Virus record (IMG/VR): IMGVR_UViG_3300021254_000021
Coordinates: 1-64,000 of that record
Direction: 5' to 3' (one strand)
Length of the DNA stretch: 64,000 nt
DNA from: a virus
Lineage: Duplodnaviria; Caudoviricetes
Below, piece after piece: positions 18,314 to 28,503 of this stretch (positions are counted from its first letter, which is position 1; each line of letters starts with the position of its first letter). A program made the position numbers and the translations under genes. The notes beneath the pieces are model-generated. The model did no database searches and was not told the origin of the DNA. It worked only from the letters and a program-made list of their open reading frames with translations.

Positions 18314-20821
18314 ATGCCAAGAGGAATACCCAATAAAAAAGTAACCGAAGAAACAAATAAGAAAACAGAGGAAAATGTAGAGGCTAAGACAGAAGAAAAG
18401 GCAGAGGAAGTAAAAGAGGAAAAAACGGAGACTAAAAAAACTACAAGGAAAACAACAGCCTCTAAGACAACTACAGCAGAATTAGAGAAAGAAAAGAGTG
18501 TGGTTGATTCCATTTACGGGGACTTGTTGGACATGACGGAAAGAGAGGATAACTTTTTCCCGTCAGGGTCATTGGTTATAGATAGTGTACTTTCCAATGG
18601 TAAGGGAATCCCTATGGGTAAATTCATCTCTATTAATTCAGAGAGCGGTATAGGTAAATGCGTTTGTGGTGATACCATTATAAATTTAAATGGTATCTTT
18701 CAGAGAATAGATGAGGGAGACTTTTCAGATGGCTTTACTCCATTTATAGGAGAAATTTTAACTCTTAATAATAACGATACTACATCACATAAATATAGAG
18801 AACGAGTTTGCAGAGTAATACGAATTATAGATCAGTATGGAATGCAGATTCTTTGTACACCAGATCACCCTGTTCTAGTTCTCCATTCTAATTTACAAGA
18901 AGAATGGGTGAAGGCTAAGGATATAAAATTAAAAGATAAGATTATAGGACAAGGTTTTGTTTATAAAAAACCAGACTTTGATCCTGATTTTTATATGAGA
19001 GGGGTTTATTTAGCGGATGGTTCTACAGCAGGTTTACATAAAGAAAACCCTGTTATAACTACAATACAAGAGGAAAGTTCTAAGATAAAAGAAGTTCTTT
19101 CTATGTTAGGTTTCTCTGAAAAAATTGCAGATAATACTAGGATAGGTAAAGATAAATATACTACACTTCTTTGTGAGAAAGTTGGTAAAAAGACATTAGA
19201 GTATTTGCGTTTTTCTGCGGAAAGTAGACCAGACTTTGTTACAAAGTCTTTTTATGAACCTATGTCTTATAATCAGTTGTTGTCTAAGATAGCAGGTATA
19301 TTAGATACGGATGCTTGGGTAGGTTGTGATAGAATAGAGTTTTGTCAGAAGGATCTTACTATTATTGAAGATTTACAGAAGTTTCTCTCTATGATTGGGA
19401 TTGTAGGTAAAAAGACAGAGAAGTTTGTTAAAAAGGTGAATACGACATATTTCAGGCTTCTTTTAAATTTAAGTGAGGCTAAAAAATTAGCTTCACTTAC
19501 AATTGGCTTGGTTCGTATTGTAGGTAGTAAATTAAGTAATCTTCTTCAAAAAAGTGATCCTATTCCTAAAGTATGGGGTAATTCTTCTGAAGCAAGAAAA
19601 ACTTTTTTTGTAGAAAGTGAGGTAATCTTTAATAAAAGGAAGTGTGTAAGGGATCATGACTATAGATGTAGGTTAAATAGTATAGCTAAAAGGAATAGTG
19701 TGTCTGTTAATTCTCTAAGAGAAATGTATAATAATTCTCTTTTAGCTAGAGATTATAGTAAAGTTGAATTACATGAGGTCTTTTGTAAAGAAGAAGTAGA
19801 AGGTGATATGTATGTTTATGATTATACTATTCCGCAAAGCCATTCTTTTTTAACAAATGGTTTAGTTTCTCATAATACGACGTGTTGCCTTCATATTGCT
19901 AGGAATTGTTGTTCTAAGGGTTATCGCTGTCTTTATATAGACACAGAGTGTGGTTTAAACCGTTCCCAGTTAGAGTCTTTCTCAATGATTCCTTTTTTAG
20001 AGAATCGAACATTTATTCCTAAGTATGTTAGAACATATAGAGAGTTAGATGATTTACTAAAACGTGTTCAGAATGATGAAAATTTAAAGTTTATTTTTAT
20101 TGATTCTTTGACAGACATTATACCAGATCAGCTTATTGAAAATAACATCTCTGATGTAAATCAACCTGCTTTGAATGCTGTCATGCAGTCAAGAATATTA
20201 GCCAAGTATAAATTTCCTCTTTCTAATGCAGGTATTACAACATTCTTTGTCTTACAGAATCGTACAAAGATTGGTATGACTTATACCCAACCTACCACAG
20301 TACAGGCGGCAGGTGGTAAATCTGTTGAGTATCACATGGATATAACACTGGAATTAACAAAGAAGGAGTTTTTAACACGTACAATTAAAGGGCATGATAA
20401 ACCTATACCTTATGGTGCAGAGTGTTTTTTAAAGGCTAATAAAAATCGTCATGTACCACCAAAGATTCCAATGCTCCTTCAAGTAATTTTTGGTAAAGGT
20501 GTTTCCAACTCTGGTGCTATTGCGAATGCAATGGTTTTAAATGGTTTAGCTAAGGCTTCCTCTAAAAAGTACACTGTGGATTATAAGGGTGAGGAAGTAG
20601 TGCTTTTAAGTAAAGCTAAATTTGATGCTTTTATTAAGGAACATTTAGAGTATTATAAGGCTATTGTGGAGAGCTGTGGTGGAATTAAGTTAATTCCTGA
20701 TTCGGAGATGATTCAGCCTGTGACTGAAACAAACACAGAGGATGAAGATTCTATAGAGGAATTATCTGTGGAAGAATCTGGTTATGAAGCAGATGAGGAT
20801 GGAATAATCAGCCTTGAGTAA
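18314..20821 (+). CDS. recA: RecA/UvsX-family recombinase, intein-containing
   Basis: SGSLVIDSVL..GIPMG, SESGIGK|TT, YIDTE, FIDSL, QNRTKIG, GGKS. Confidence 0.9.
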   Translation: MPRGIPNKKVTEETNKKTEENVEAKTEEKAEEVKEEKTETKKTTRKTTASKTTTAELEKEKSVVDSIYGDLLDMTEREDNFFPSGSLVIDSVLSNGKGIPMGKFISINSESGIGKCVCGDTIINLNGIFQRIDEGDFSDGFTPFIGEILTLNNNDTTSHKYRERVCRVIRIIDQYGMQILCTPDHPVLVLHSNLQEEWVKAKDIKLKDKIIGQGFVYKKPDFDPDFYMRGVYLADGSTAGLHKENPVITTIQEESSKIKEVLSMLGFSEKIADNTRIGKDKYTTLLCEKVGKKTLEYLRFSAESRPDFVTKSFYEPMSYNQLLSKIAGILDTDAWVGCDRIEFCQKDLTIIEDLQKFLSMIGIVGKKTEKFVKKVNTTYFRLLLNLSEAKKLASLTIGLVRIVGSKLSNLLQKSDPIPKVWGNSSEARKTFFVESEVIFNKRKCVRDHDYRCRLNSIAKRNSVSVNSLREMYNNSLLARDYSKVELHEVFCKEEVEGDMYVYDYTIPQSHSFLTNGLVSHNTTCCLHIARNCCSKGYRCLYIDTECGLNRSQLESFSMIPFLENRTFIPKYVRTYRELDDLLKRVQNDENLKFIFIDSLTDIIPDQLIENNISDVNQPALNAVMQSRILAKYKFPLSNAGITTFFVLQNRTKIGMTYTQPTTVQAAGGKSVEYHMDITLELTKKEFLTRTIKGHDKPIPYGAECFLKANKNRHVPPKIPMLLQVIFGKGVSNSGAIANAMVLNGLAKASSKKYTVDYKGEEVVLLSKAKFDAFIKEHLEYYKAIVESCGGIKLIPDSEMIQPVTETNTEDEDSIEELSVEESGYEADEDGIISLE
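18659..19876 (+). mobile_element. Intein (406 aa) with LAGLIDADG domain in RecA P-loop
   Basis: GK|CVCGDT, CTPDHP, GVYLADG, GILDTD, VYDYTI, VSHN|T. Confidence 0.92.
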
Positions 20822-20824
20822 GAC

Positions 20825-20852
20825 AAAGCCCCTTAATTGGGGCTTTTCTTTT
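20825..20852 (+). terminator. Intrinsic terminator after recA
   Basis: AAAGCCCC-TTAATT-GGGGCTTTT. Confidence 0.8.
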
Positions 20853-20890
20853 CCCTATCTAATTCTACGGCTTTCTTTATAGGTGTTGAA

Positions 20891-21177
20891 AACTCACGGG
20901 CTTTCTCCAGTGGGACGAGAAAAATTAAAAGAATTTCTAGTAGGCTAAAAAGATTTTTAAGTTATCTTATATTTAGAATTAAACGATAACCAAGTTTAGT
21001 TCTAAATATTAGAATTAAGTATTTTAAAATGTACCGTAGGAACTACGGGAACTAATGTCTGTGGAGGGTATGGACGCTAAGCCGCTTTGCGGCAATGCTG
21101 AGTATTCGATGAAACAGAAAGGAAGATCCGTGAGGACTCCATAGAATCCGAGAGTCTTTAGACTTTTGGTAGTTCAA
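20891..21177 (+). mobile_element. Non-autonomous IS200/IS605-like element: left-end-like hairpin plus omegaRNA-like right end, copy 2 (core 21031..21177)
   Basis: Follows TTGAA; CTCACGGGCTTTCTCCAGTGGG hairpin; right end GAAT-hairpin-GTAGTTCAA; no ORF inside. Confidence 0.7.
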
Positions 21178-21187
21178 AGGTGTTGAA

Positions 21188-21604
21188 ATGCGTAGATTAA
21201 AATGTGAATTAAAAGCTAGGGAATTGGTTAATCGGTCGGATTTAAAGTCCAGACTTAGATCTAAGTACCTCCGTTCTCAATTTGAAAAGTTTACAGAGAA
21301 TGAAGTGTATTTCTCTGTTGATTCACAGTCGAGTCCCGGAAAAAAGCACATAGTTATTCTATCTTCCCCTTCTATCACAGAGGAAACAACTACTAAAGAC
21401 CTCAAACAAATCTTACAAAGAGAGGATATAAAGGTAGCGTGTAGCTGTGATGCTTTTCTTTATCAGGGCTTTAAATTTATTACCTATAAAGCACAGGCAG
21501 GGATTGATCCAGAGGGTCGTGTACCTGTTGTGAGAAACCCAAGACAGAAAGGGATGTTGTGTAAACATATTTTAGCTGTACTAAAGAGCTTTGGAATACA
21601 ATAA
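21188..21604 (+). CDS. SWIM-type Zn-finger protein
   Basis: CSCDAF...CKH. Confidence 0.7.
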   Translation: MRRLKCELKARELVNRSDLKSRLRSKYLRSQFEKFTENEVYFSVDSQSSPGKKHIVILSSPSITEETTTKDLKQILQREDIKVACSCDAFLYQGFKFITYKAQAGIDPEGRVPVVRNPRQKGMLCKHILAVLKSFGIQ

Positions 21605-22776
21605 TGTTCGAGTTTCGATGCACAGATGAAGGGTTGCTTTATTATGACCCTATATTAAGGAAACAGTCTTTTGCTTCCAACACTCTTTTATTCCTCATAG
21701 GATATGCGCGTGCCTTTGGTGATACACAAGTATCGGACAAGCTCTTTATACCACACTATATCCTAGACTCAGAGGGTAATTTAATTGCATTACCCAACCA
21801 GTCTTTTTTCTTAAATGTCCGTCAATACCTCAATACCTTAGATTCAGTAGAGAGCTTAGATACAGGTGATATGTTTAACCTGTATGGTTTAACTTTGGTA
21901 TTGGAGCAGATAGGATTTTATAATAGTTATAAATCTACCACCCCCTATAATGCAAAATTAAACCGCGTTCCTCATGTTCCTTTATTTACCAAACGATCTC
22001 AAGACTATAAGAGAATAAGGGATATTCTTACAATAAAGGATTACTGGAATACAGAGGATAAGTGGAAAACGGATGAGGCTAAAGAGAAATATTATCAGAA
22101 GCCTACGGCGGGATGCACTGGGCCAGATGAATATCCTCTCTATACGATATTTAACACAACCTATAAAGGGAATCAGGGAGAGGCTTTAGATCTTTACAAG
22201 TCTTTTGGTTCTGATAACTTTTTAAAAGAATGGCTTTATCCCACAGAGGAAAAACCAGTAAGTGAGTACAATGATTATTGTTCATGGTTTATCTGGGACT
22301 CTTTAGCCTTTACACAACTCTACCAGTTCTCTTTAGGCGTTCTGTACGGAATGTCTAATTCTGGTTGGGCTACTCTACCTTTTACTATGCGTCCATCTGA
22401 ATATTGTAATTATTACAAATACATTCAAATGGTAGATGAGGCATTTTTCTGGTTTCAAAATACGTCTTTTGATAAGGTTGGAACAAATGAGTTATTTAAC
22501 TTAAATGCTTATTTGTTTAGAACAGATACGTATCCTGTTATAAGAGAAAACAGAGTGCTTTCCTCAAGCATAGACCAGAACTATCTGTATGACCCCGCCA
22601 TTAACAAGTATTCTTTAGACAATGGAGAGACATGGATTACATTAGAGGAAATACAGGAATGGGCATTCTTAAATAATCAGGCTTTGCCTGTGAATGGTTA
22701 TTCATCGTCTATTCCTCTTTATAGAGGTAATGAATTGTTAGAGTTGCCTCTATCCGAGGAACAGTGGATTCCATAG
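21604..22776 (+). CDS. Hypothetical, probably virion/baseplate protein
   Basis: Long ORF in late region; aromatic-rich. Confidence 0.5.
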   Translation: MFEFRCTDEGLLYYDPILRKQSFASNTLLFLIGYARAFGDTQVSDKLFIPHYILDSEGNLIALPNQSFFLNVRQYLNTLDSVESLDTGDMFNLYGLTLVLEQIGFYNSYKSTTPYNAKLNRVPHVPLFTKRSQDYKRIRDILTIKDYWNTEDKWKTDEAKEKYYQKPTAGCTGPDEYPLYTIFNTTYKGNQGEALDLYKSFGSDNFLKEWLYPTEEKPVSEYNDYCSWFIWDSLAFTQLYQFSLGVLYGMSNSGWATLPFTMRPSEYCNYYKYIQMVDEAFFWFQNTSFDKVGTNELFNLNAYLFRTDTYPVIRENRVLSSSIDQNYLYDPAINKYSLDNGETWITLEEIQEWAFLNNQALPVNGYSSSIPLYRGNELLELPLSEEQWIP

Positions 22777-22807
22777 GTATAACAGTATCTTCTTATAAGA
22801 AAGTAAT

Positions 22808-24754
22808 ATGGCTACTAAGATATTCTTAAATAATGATTGGCAAGATTACGATTATGATATACTGTACTCTACGTTGGGTTATACTAAAATAAAGTGTGAG
22901 GTTTATGCCAAAGAGGGTGATTATGTTTGGTCTTGGTATAATCCAGTTATGAGAGAATATTGGGATGATAGAGAGTGGAAAAAACTGTGGACTCCCATTC
23001 CACCAAAGCCTTTAGACGAAATACCTTTCTTAGTGTTTGATAATGGATTAGGACGTATTGTTCATACCACAGAGGAAGATATTTTATCTTATAGCAATAT
23101 ACCACCCCACTTTATTTCAGATTCTTTAATGTCTTATAGTGATATTAGTGTTACCACTATATCTGATACAACTATGATTACTACCTTAGAATTAGGAGTA
23201 GCTGTACGGAGCTTCTTCTTTACTAATAAGGGTAATAAAGAGACAGAGAATAGTGAGAGGCGTGGGTCTGTAAATGATTTTATTTATGATGAAACTGGAC
23301 ATCTTATTGTTGGTGAGGATATAGATGCGGGTTATGACAATGCCCCAGTTTTATCTTTAACTCAAGTAGATGGAAATATGCTTTCCCCGATAAATGGGGA
23401 TTATATTTATATGTCCAGTACACGTCGTAACTGGTATTTCCATCCTGAAAGTGGAACACGATTTGTTTGGTCTTTACAAGTAGAGAGAATAAATCCAACA
23501 CCCCCGCCAGAGATTGTTTTGAAAGCACTATGGGGAGAACGTGTTAATGTACCTGATGGTTATGAACCAGTAGAATTAAGAACATTTGTAGCCTATGTTC
23601 CAAGATCTTATGCAGAAGAAACAGGTAATTATTTTATAGTAGCATACTCTGGTAAGAATGTTTATTCAGATGATTTAACAGATTCTATGCTACAAGAAGT
23701 TTCCCACGATTCTCCTAATGAGTGGCCAATGATAGAAGTATTCCAAGGTACTTCTATAAATAATTACCAAAGCCCTAAGATGCAGGGTACACGTCTTACA
23801 ATAGGTTGGCCTAATTCTACTGCGAATTGGACATTCAGTGAAAAACACGTGAATGGCACAGATTCTACTGCGGGAGATTATTCTGTTTATATGAAGGGTA
23901 GTAATGTGCCTTTTGATAGGAATAACTCTTATCCTGCACGTTATCTCTACTTTATTTATGATTCCACTATAAGTGGAGTTACATGGTTACATTCACCCGA
24001 GGCATTTAAAGTCCCACACTCTTTATGGTCATTTAGCGATGGTACTTTCTCATGGTTGGGTAATACCTCAGATCAGAATGATTTAGCTTGGTATTATGCC
24101 CATGATTGGGAAGACTTTAGCTTTAGTTCAGATACAGGAATGCCTTATGTCTATATCCATTGTGTAAAGAGATTAAATCCAGAAATAAAGACAGCTTACT
24201 TTAATGATGAGGGTGCTTCGGAAACAGGGGATGTTGCTGTTGGTAGAAACACAAATTATTCTTTGTATGATGAGTTTGGTGTAAAGATACCATATTCTGA
24301 CACCACCCATTATGAAATTGTTGGTGTTTATAAATTCGATGGAACACGTCTTGATACCAGTTCAGAAGATTACATTAGAGCTGATCCCGCGACACCTTTA
24401 TCCTTATTATGGCTTTCTAAAGTTCTACCAGAGACAGGAAGATATTACTATGCCTTTAGATTAAGGTATAGAGAATACCCAGTCTCTTTAGCGTATGCTC
24501 AAAATAAAGCATCTGTAACAGTTAATCAAGGAAGCTCTATTACACTCTATTCCGATGATGGACAAACACCAATAACGTATGATTCATATAAGCAATACAT
24601 TCCCTGCATGGTAACAGGTGATCTCCCATATAATCTTCACCCTGTTAAGGCAGAGCTGTATTGTGATTCTAACAACCATTTAGCATGTAAGAATACTTCC
24701 AGTAGTACTCTTTCTTTTAAGTACCTAACTTATAGGATTGTTAATAGGAGATAA
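22808..24754 (+). CDS. Hypothetical beta-rich virion protein
   Basis: S/T/Y/W-rich 648 aa; late region. Confidence 0.5.
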   Translation: MATKIFLNNDWQDYDYDILYSTLGYTKIKCEVYAKEGDYVWSWYNPVMREYWDDREWKKLWTPIPPKPLDEIPFLVFDNGLGRIVHTTEEDILSYSNIPPHFISDSLMSYSDISVTTISDTTMITTLELGVAVRSFFFTNKGNKETENSERRGSVNDFIYDETGHLIVGEDIDAGYDNAPVLSLTQVDGNMLSPINGDYIYMSSTRRNWYFHPESGTRFVWSLQVERINPTPPPEIVLKALWGERVNVPDGYEPVELRTFVAYVPRSYAEETGNYFIVAYSGKNVYSDDLTDSMLQEVSHDSPNEWPMIEVFQGTSINNYQSPKMQGTRLTIGWPNSTANWTFSEKHVNGTDSTAGDYSVYMKGSNVPFDRNNSYPARYLYFIYDSTISGVTWLHSPEAFKVPHSLWSFSDGTFSWLGNTSDQNDLAWYYAHDWEDFSFSSDTGMPYVYIHCVKRLNPEIKTAYFNDEGASETGDVAVGRNTNYSLYDEFGVKIPYSDTTHYEIVGVYKFDGTRLDTSSEDYIRADPATPLSLLWLSKVLPETGRYYYAFRLRYREYPVSLAYAQNKASVTVNQGSSITLYSDDGQTPITYDSYKQYIPCMVTGDLPYNLHPVKAELYCDSNNHLACKNTSSSTLSFKYLTYRIVNRR

Positions 24755-24757
24755 ACA

Positions 24758-26005
24758 ATGTCTTTAGGCGGCTATAAATTTGTTGGTTATAAATGTGCAA
24801 GACCCTCTGGTTATGTGGTTGGTGATACAACTAGTGAGACAAACTGGGTTTTACTCGTACATAAAACTAGAGTAAAGGCATTTATGGATAGTTGTGCTTT
24901 ATCAGGGGCACAGTGGACATTTAATCATACACAAGGGCAGTTTAGTCTTGGTTCATACGGCAATGTGATTTATAGACTGGATGATGTAGGCTACAATTAC
25001 GCCAGTTTCTTTAAGTGTGGTAGTAGTGATGCCTATTATTTAATTCTTACTGCGGGTTATTGGGATGTTGGTTCTAGTGACCTTTCAGCAGGTAAAATTA
25101 GTTTATATAGAATGCTTAAAACAGCTAATTCTAGTAGTAATAATAATCAGCAGTTATCTAGAGTAAGTTGTATGCACAGTATTTCTTATGAAGACTTTGC
25201 AGATGACGTTGTTACTGACTTTGAGTATAAGAAATGTACACTGTTAATGCCCGTAGGGAATATTTATTGTTCGGGTTCTGGTAATCAACTATATCCATCT
25301 TGGAATACAATAACAGGATGTTTCTTAACAAATACATCCAATTATTTTGGTTATGCTACTAAGGATAAATCCATCATTAGTTTTGCAGGTAAAGACATAA
25401 ATAATATACAGGTTGGTGTTACTGCAATAGATGGCTTATCTGCTTTAAGCAGTCCTTCCGATCCTTATAACATCTTTTCCATTTCTTTAAACTTAAGTAG
25501 TGGTACCTCTGGTGAGTCTGTTTTAACAAAGAGAACTTCCAATGGTTTCCAGTTTCAAGATCATGCCTTTACTACCTTATGCTCTAACGGATTAAAGTAT
25601 GATATAACAGGTATATATAACCAGTATTGTTCTTTAACATGGCCAATGTCTGCTTGGGTAGTTGGTGGGAATCAGACTATTCCTTATGAAGCACCCGTAT
25701 TAACTACAAGTGGTAATTATGATACTATAAACCGTCCTTTAAATGCAGATGGTATTGGAACAAAGGGTAGAACAAAGATTGATTTGATAGCCTGTAATGT
25801 GTTTAAAAATTCTTCTGATTTATTTGGTTATTTAGCCACAGCCGCTAATGGGAACTATTTAGCTTTAGACTATACTACTTATTCTAATATAGGTGCAGTG
25901 TATATAGGTACTTCTAATGGTGTCCCACAGTATTATGTTGGTTGGGATGAATCCAATCCAGACATTCGTACAGAGGATGCTTGGTCTTCTTATACAGGAA
26001 ATTAA
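24758..26005 (+). CDS. Hypothetical beta-rich virion protein
   Basis: G/S/T/N/Y-rich 415 aa. Confidence 0.5.
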   Translation: MSLGGYKFVGYKCARPSGYVVGDTTSETNWVLLVHKTRVKAFMDSCALSGAQWTFNHTQGQFSLGSYGNVIYRLDDVGYNYASFFKCGSSDAYYLILTAGYWDVGSSDLSAGKISLYRMLKTANSSSNNNQQLSRVSCMHSISYEDFADDVVTDFEYKKCTLLMPVGNIYCSGSGNQLYPSWNTITGCFLTNTSNYFGYATKDKSIISFAGKDINNIQVGVTAIDGLSALSSPSDPYNIFSISLNLSSGTSGESVLTKRTSNGFQFQDHAFTTLCSNGLKYDITGIYNQYCSLTWPMSAWVVGGNQTIPYEAPVLTTSGNYDTINRPLNADGIGTKGRTKIDLIACNVFKNSSDLFGYLATAANGNYLALDYTTYSNIGAVYIGTSNGVPQYYVGWDESNPDIRTEDAWSSYTGN

Positions 26006-26008
26006 AAT

Positions 26009-26050
26009 AAAAGAAACCCTCTTAAATCTAATATTAAGAGGGTTTCTTTT
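26009..26050 (+). promoter_or_regulatory. Terminator-like hairpin with AATCTA at loop
   Basis: AAAAGAAACCCTCTTAA-ATCTAATA-TTAAGAGGGTTTCTTTT. Confidence 0.7.
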
Positions 26051-26077
26051 TACCAGTTTTACACTAAGGGGTAGATT

Positions 26078-26704
26078 ATGGTTGTATTAAAAAGATGCAG
26101 TGAGAGCAAGTATATTACAGAGAGGTTTATTAACCTTAAAACAAAAGACGAAATGAAGAAGTATGGGGATGTGGTTTGGGACATTCTTAAAAAAGCATAC
26201 GAATATTGTGGTGGTATAAAGAATGTGAATGGAGTAGAGGACTTAATTGCAGACTCCGATTTCTGGAAGTTGTATAAGTCTGGTGGGGAGATTAAAGCGT
26301 GTATTATATACAGCTTTAAAAGAGGTGGTAGAAAGCTGTGTCTCTTAGGGCAGGATGGAACACCCGAGGGTAAAAAGTCTTTAAAGGGAATGCTAGAGGA
26401 TGATTTTAAATTAAAGGATCGTCAGATGTGGGCAGGATTCTCTGGTAAAGCGGCCATTACAGCATTAAAGCATGGTGGTTATCCAATCCCTTCTGACATA
26501 GCCTGTGACTTAATGAATATCACTAAGAAATCGTGCGTACCTTATGATGAGTATTGGTATACCAGAGCAATAAAGAATGATAAAGGTGAGATAGAACAGC
26601 ACTACAAGTTAATGTTAGGCAATCCACCTAATGTTGATGTTGGTGAACCACCGAAAGAGTTGGTAGATAAGTTAATTAAACAGGCAGTAGAGTTTGGGGA
26701 ATAA
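26078..26704 (+). CDS. Leader-bearing hypothetical protein
   Basis: MVVLKRCSES leader. Confidence 0.65.
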   Translation: MVVLKRCSESKYITERFINLKTKDEMKKYGDVVWDILKKAYEYCGGIKNVNGVEDLIADSDFWKLYKSGGEIKACIIYSFKRGGRKLCLLGQDGTPEGKKSLKGMLEDDFKLKDRQMWAGFSGKAAITALKHGGYPIPSDIACDLMNITKKSCVPYDEYWYTRAIKNDKGEIEQHYKLMLGNPPNVDVGEPPKELVDKLIKQAVEFGE

Positions 26705-26901
26705 TGGACACATCAGAGGAAAAAGAGGAAAAGGCGTTTGTCATTCTAAACCAAGATGGAATAGAGGAAACCTATTTTCTTCGTTTGGAAGCCGCATTTG
26801 ATATTGCAAGAAATACGTATGGACAAGCCTTAGTCTGTTTAGGTAATAAACGATTTAGATTTAAAGACGGAGAACCCCTGCTCCAATTCCAAACTGAATA
26901 A
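26704..26901 (+). CDS. Small protein, paralogue of 55603..55824
   Basis: TYF....AF.IAR......V..G..R.RF..GEP.L shared. Confidence 0.7.
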   Translation: MDTSEEKEEKAFVILNQDGIEETYFLRLEAAFDIARNTYGQALVCLGNKRFRFKDGEPLLQFQTE

Positions 26902-26937
26902 TAACACTACTTATCTAATAGGTGGTGTTATTATTCA
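26895..26937 (+). promoter_or_regulatory. Long hairpin with TATCTA in loop
   Basis: TGAATAATAACACTAC-TTATCTAATAG-GTGGTGTTATTATTCA. Confidence 0.7.
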
Positions 26938-26972
26938 TTCTTATACACACTTAAAATAAAAGGAAAAGAGAG

Positions 26973-27503
26973 ATGAAGATTTACATTACAGACATCCGTA
27001 ACAACCCACGTATTGTTTACATAGACGGAAAACGTTTTATCTTACCGTCAAAAAAAGAGATTATCAAAGATGTGAGCAAAGGATCTTATGAAGCATTATC
27101 CAAGCTCCCCTTTATGAAAGTTCGTCCCGTAGAGGAAGAACCCGTTGTGGAAGAGCCAAAAGCAGAGGATTTAATTGCAGAAGAACCTGTTAGTAGCGGG
27201 GATATGGAAGAAGTAAAAGAAGAACCAAAAGTAGTGGTAGAAGCTCCTAAAGAGGAAGCTGTACCAGAAATGGTAAATGCCTCTGAGGTCTTAACTGAAT
27301 CTGTTATTGTTTCCCAAGAGGAAGTAGCTGAAGAACCGAAAGCAGAAATACCCGCAGAAGAACCTGCTAAAGAGGAAGATAAAGCAGTAGATTATTCTTC
27401 TATGTCTAAGAAAGAGTTGAGAGCTGTATTAGGGGAAAAAGGGGTGGACACCACAGGCATGACCAAAGCTGTGATGCTCGAAAAACTAAAAGAGATTGGT
27501 TAA
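26973..27503 (+). CDS. Acidic protein with C-terminal HeH/Rho-N-like domain
   Basis: E/P/K linker; DYSSMSKKELRAVLGEKGV...TKA.MLEKL. Confidence 0.65.
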   Translation: MKIYITDIRNNPRIVYIDGKRFILPSKKEIIKDVSKGSYEALSKLPFMKVRPVEEEPVVEEPKAEDLIAEEPVSSGDMEEVKEEPKVVVEAPKEEAVPEMVNASEVLTESVIVSQEEVAEEPKAEIPAEEPAKEEDKAVDYSSMSKKELRAVLGEKGVDTTGMTKAVMLEKLKEIG

Positions 27504-27600
27504 TCTATCTTCTATCTAAGATTGAGTGGAACATAGAGTCTTTTTATTTATTGAATAAAAGACTCTAAAATACTTACCTAAGTTAGAGGAGTTTATTGTT

Positions 27601-27927
27601 ATGAGAGTTAGTAAAAATGAAAGTATAAATCATGTTGGGGAGTCTTGGAAAACTTTAGCCCAAGGTCTTTCCAAAGAACTAGGGTGTGATGTTGAGATTT
27701 CAGATTTTGGTTGGATGCTTTTACACATAACTTTAAGTAGTGGTAATTCTACTACCGTTCAAGTTTATGTTGATTGGACTATAAGAAAAGGTAAAGGTAT
27801 CATAATGGGATATTGTCCTGAGGTGAATAAAACACCTTTTGTTTGTAGTAGTGTTAGAACAGATTCTTTTATAACTAACTATGGATCAGTTGCCGCTAGA
27901 ATAAAGAGTGTTTTATCTGGACGTTGA
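27601..27927 (+). CDS. Hypothetical protein with MRVSKNES leader variant
   Basis: GAGGAG RBS. Confidence 0.6.
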   Translation: MRVSKNESINHVGESWKTLAQGLSKELGCDVEISDFGWMLLHITLSSGNSTTVQVYVDWTIRKGKGIIMGYCPEVNKTPFVCSSVRTDSFITNYGSVAARIKSVLSGR

Positions 27928-27972
27928 TTACTAAACACTTTCATTAAGTGATAGTAAAACCAATTTCTATTT

Positions 27973-28015
27973 AGAAAAAGACCCATAAGGTATCTACCCT
28001 TATGGGTCTTTTTCT
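27973..28015 (+). promoter_or_regulatory. 18-bp perfect terminator hairpin with TATCTA loop
   Basis: AGAAAAAGACCCATAAGG-TATCTAC-CCTTATGGGTCTTTTTCT. Confidence 0.8.
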
Positions 28016-28029
28016 TTTAGGAGATTATT

Positions 28030-28413
28030 ATGGTTAAATTATTACGCACAGAAGAAAATAATAGGGCACAGTTAAAAAAGATTCGTAATAAGATTATTGG
28101 AGACAGGAACATCCAAGAAATTCAGAGACATATTTATCGTGACAATGGTGCATGGGGTCCGTTTAAAAATCTTATCAGTTTAATTCAAGGTATTGATGGT
28201 GTGAATAATGTGTTTTATAAGGACTCTGACAGATACCCACAGGGTTATAGGTGGGATAAGTCTGTATCGAAGATGCCAGTGGCTAAAGAAAGGGACATAG
28301 AGATAGAAACTGATTTTGGTACACTCAATGGATTGATTATTTGCTCTGGTGCAGGGTCGATAGAAGATCCTATGGATTCTTACGATATGATACTTAATGT
28401 GTTTCCAGTGTGA
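28030..28413 (+). CDS. Leader-bearing hypothetical protein
   Basis: MVKLLRTEE leader; AGGAG RBS. Confidence 0.65.
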   Translation: MVKLLRTEENNRAQLKKIRNKIIGDRNIQEIQRHIYRDNGAWGPFKNLISLIQGIDGVNNVFYKDSDRYPQGYRWDKSVSKMPVAKERDIEIETDFGTLNGLIICSGAGSIEDPMDSYDMILNVFPV

Positions 28414-28503
28414 GACAATAAAGATAATAAAACCAATATCTAATTTAGAAAAGACCCATAAGGGTCTTTTCTTTTATTCATTCTAATTTAATAGAGGTGT
28501 ATC

